Shown here: one piece after another, positions 60,600-64,000 of the stretch
How positions within the stretch are numbered: position 1 is the stretch's first letter
Layout: each line of letters begins with the position of its first letter
From: Oikopleura dioica
Taxonomy: Eukaryota; Animalia; Chordata
Assembly (NCBI GenBank): GCA_907165135.1
Contig: OU015566.1
Span: 10,416,001-10,480,000, forward strand
Reading direction: 5' to 3'
Length of the DNA: 64,000 nucleotides
Notes under the pieces: generated by a model
The model's database searches: none
Seen by the model: only the letters and a program-made list of their open reading frames with translations
Told to the model about the DNA's origin: nothing
Translations under genes and position numbers: made by a program

Positions 60600-63231
60600 C
60601 GCCCTCTTTTGGCAGAATCCCACATAAATACTCATTTAGCCGTCCAAAAAGTCATCAATCATAAAATGATACAATAATGTCAAAGCAATATCGACATTCG
60701 CATTCAGCCTTTTCCATGTTCGAGATATGCAAAAATAAAAATTCAATGTGAAAAACTGAATTGTTATTCTAATAATTGGCGAAAAAGAGTTCCTGGTTCT
60801 CGTTTCCTGACGGGACGTAGTTGGTGCACTCTTCTGCGCAAAACACCATCCAGAGACCGACTATCATCTTCGGCAGAAAAAACAACAGACTGATTCCGAC
60901 AGAAAACGCTAGAATAATATCAATTTCCAATTTACTTCTAGTTTGCGTCCGACTCGCCCTTTTAATCAAATTTGACCCGGTTCGAGCGAAATTTACCTTA
61001 TTTGCATATTTTCGCGTTTCAACCCGCGAGTTACAGATTTAGAGCTTTATTACCAGAGTTGAACGCAGTTTGGACACTTGGTTCAAACATACCTAGTGAC
61101 CTCAGATATCGCCGCTCGTGGTTGATTTGTGAAATTCTTGCGGCAGAAATCTTTCGCAGTTTGCTCACCGAGATCATCATTCGGGCGGGTTGGGGCTTGG
61201 TCTTTGCTTTTTAAGAATTTTTCGAAAAGCATAATGCTGATTTTTTCATGAAGTTATTGAAATTTAATTTTCCGAAAAACATGATGTTAGCATTTTACCA
61301 ATTACAAGACAGTCATCGACGTACCTTAAGAAGCTAGACCGCTATTTATAAATTGTTATCATAATGGTGGATAAATAATCTTAAAAATATACTTATTATC
61401 GAAAAACTCTCCTGAAACAATTTCAGGTAGTTCAGCTGCGTACGGCTCCACTTAATATCAAGTTAATTACTTTTGTAAAACATGCGGCGGAATTCCGCAG
61501 CTATTATAACCCCGTAAGAACCCGCGTGTAATCATTACCGTGGGTCACTAAGGTTTACCTTGAATGATATCGTCTGAGGACGTGCTTGGCCGCTCCAGCA
61601 TATCAAGCGAATTCATCCGGCTTTCTTGACTCAAGGTTGATAATTCTGGTTCTAGGAAGTATTCAGCGAGCGGTTTTAGATCTATTCAGAAATTCCGTGC
61701 TTCAAATTAACTCCACTTCTTTCAATTTCAACCCTTTGTCAGTGTTGTTATCAGCAGGGATAAATTTCGCTCTATCTAACTCTCGAGTTCCTCAACACGA
61801 AATTATCTACATCAGAGATAACTAAATCCTTTGTTCCCTCTTTGCTTAGCCCTCTTTAGAAGACGAAGAACGGTAACTTCAGCTGAAGGCTCTCCGTACC
61901 CACGTGCCGCAGGTATTTTTACAGATAACGTATTATGATGTTAGAACTCGGATCTTTTCTTGCTTTCAGGAATTTGTAAACAATCGTCGTTCGTCGCTGG
62001 CTGGGTCCACCTTTGTTGTTGTGATACTGGGGCTTCTTTCTTTTGGTACCGACGCTTTTCTTGCGTTTTCGTTTTTGGAGAACTTGACTGGGATTTTAAC
62101 CATACTGTGAGAATGTTAAAGAACGTATGTTAAAGATTCTTGTGCGAGTCGCTTTTTGAAAGGCGATTATTATCGTATTGTTCTTAAAGAATTTAAGCCA
62201 CCACGTAAATGTCTGCCGAAAATCTGACTGCGGCTGGTAAAATCCCTTCTTTGGCATAAGTTTCGCTCTTTTTGTTGAGTTCCTTAAAACGCGTAAATTG
62301 GATGAGAGATGAAACGCAGCCGCAGACCCAACCTTGCGGAGGAATAATCCGACGACGAACGTGATCGCAGATGGTATGATCAGCGCTAGAATATAATAGC
62401 AGAATAGGCCCCATTGGTTTACATGGCTTTTTCGAGGGATCAAGAAGGCTCTTATTGCCGCTTTTATTGAAAATCGTAGTAATGACTCTCCCCTGAATGG
62501 GAGCAAGATCGATTACTAGGGCCCTTAGTCTAGCGGTCATTTATATAAACAAATTATGTTGATTATTATGGGAGGTGCTCAAGAGTTGCTCTTGATCCCC
62601 TAAGTAAGAATAAGATGTCCATTAGAAATCGTGGCATTGTGATAACAATATCCTGAAAAGGACTCAATAATTGATTCCTGAAGAAAAAAGATTAACGGTT
62701 TTTCTGGCATAAATATCAATCTTCCCTCGTATTGATAAAAGTCATAAATAGCAGCTGCCAAAAGAGTGATTCCAGCGATGCAAATACTCCACCCAACTTT
62801 GTGTCAAGTAATAACATTGGTGCATTGAATTATTAATGTTCGACAAAAGCAGAGAAACCTTCAACTAACTCAGTTCGAAAGACTCGAAAAAATTTCTACA
62901 GACATGACAAAATTATCAATAATTGAGATTCATGTTTAACCCCTTGTATAACAAGGATCGTAGGTCAACAGTGAGCTTTATCAACAAAGTAATAGTACTA
63001 TTACTGTAATACTCTTCCTATAAGAAAAGAGTGAGTCAACGTTCTGGAGCTGTGGAACTTCTTTATTCCAAAAGTGATGGGATGTTTGATTATCTTAAAT
63101 TTCGACTGGAGTTTTCTTCTGAACGAATTTTCTATTTTATTTACCTTGTACTTTACAGCGACGATAACAGTCGGCATGTAAGTGGCAGTCCGAGGGGATA
63201 GAAATTCTAATCTTTCGATTTCGGTACTCAA
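60600..63231 (-). CDS. Probable divergent rhodopsin-type 7TM receptor; exon structure unresolved
   Basis: Fragments occur in the expected order: TM1/2-like (YMPTVIVAV..GIKKFHSSRTLTHSFLIG), TM3-like ESLFLAAAIYDFY (DRY position), TM5-like YYILALIIPSAITFVVG, a long basic loop, and TM6-like IILAFSVGISLLFFLPKMIVG. Confidence 0.4.
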
Positions 63232-64000
63232 TCCTTTTATCCCTTCCTATAGGTAAACAAACGTACTGTAATGTCATTGCGCAAATGCATTCGTAGACGG
63301 AAATGTTTTGCCTGAATCATAAATAAAGAAACGTGGAAGTAAAGTTTTTAAGACATAAAATTGGCTAAACGGGAAGGGGCATGTTTTCAGGCAATTTTGA
63401 ATATCCGAACAACTCCTTTACCATGTTTACGCCCAAAACAAAGCGGTCACAAAAGAATGTTATAGTTATTTTTCGACCTAAATTCTTTCCACACTCAAAA
63501 ATTTTAAGAATATAAAAATAGAAACAGCATGAGCTGTACTTCATGAAATTCTTTAGAAAGAGCACTTGAAAACCTGAGAACGAAGCGCCACATAAAAACA
63601 GGAATCGGGTAAAGAACAAGAATTAAATTCGCCAAGCTAACAAATAAAATGTAAATCCACCCTGGACCAATATCTCTCCTGACTTTTCTGAGGTTCTAAA
63701 CTTTTCACTTTTATGCTGATAAAACTCCTCTTAGAACCAATCATTTAGTGCCGATAAAAATAATATAACTGTTTAAAAACGCTGCAGCGAATTCAATCAT
63801 CATCAGAACGGTCAATCCGAAGGGATAGGTCTCCATTTCTCTCATTTTTATATGTTTTAGTTGACTGTTAAAAATCTCGATTTTGAATAACTGTTCAACT
63901 TAGCATTTTGTCTAGTAAAAAGAAAAATGAAATGACAGATGTCTGGCACTTGTGACACATTATGCTGCTCTAAGAAGATCCTTGATAATGTTTCATTTTA

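Overview
Gene-dense eukaryotic (animal) DNA with very short introns (about 40-60 nt), several GA-AG and GC-AG introns and fast-evolving proteins. This pattern points to a larvacean tunicate (Oikopleura-like), which is an inference. Manual exon joining gives about 25 genes: an EF-hand protein, a C18orf63/DUF4708-like gene, SLC7A14, an ERM/merlin-like FERM gene, a degenerate cryptochrome, DECR1, a KIF28-like kinesin-3 ending in CAIM, an ERG K+ channel, a pannexin, a Ly6-like mucin, three paralogous acidic GPI-type proteins, HSPA14, SNX17-like, GORASP2, ECSIT, VPS16, rolling-stone-like, SLC5A3-like, a SERHL-like hydrolase and a probable GPCR. The main observation is a 1.5-kb Foldback-like non-autonomous element (8334-9832, 8-bp TSD) inserted in a coding exon of the FERM gene. 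Its own end supplies a GT and the duplicated target supplies an AG, so it could be spliced out in frame as a new intron (introner-like). A hAT-type MITE (30570-30892) sits in a second coding exon and also has a possible in-frame splicing rescue. The cryptochrome lacks its catalytic, FAD-contact and Trp-triad residues yet has D-box and paired E'-box motifs upstream. All homology calls come from recalled family motifs, not database searches, and exon boundaries are manual and unverified by RNA data.
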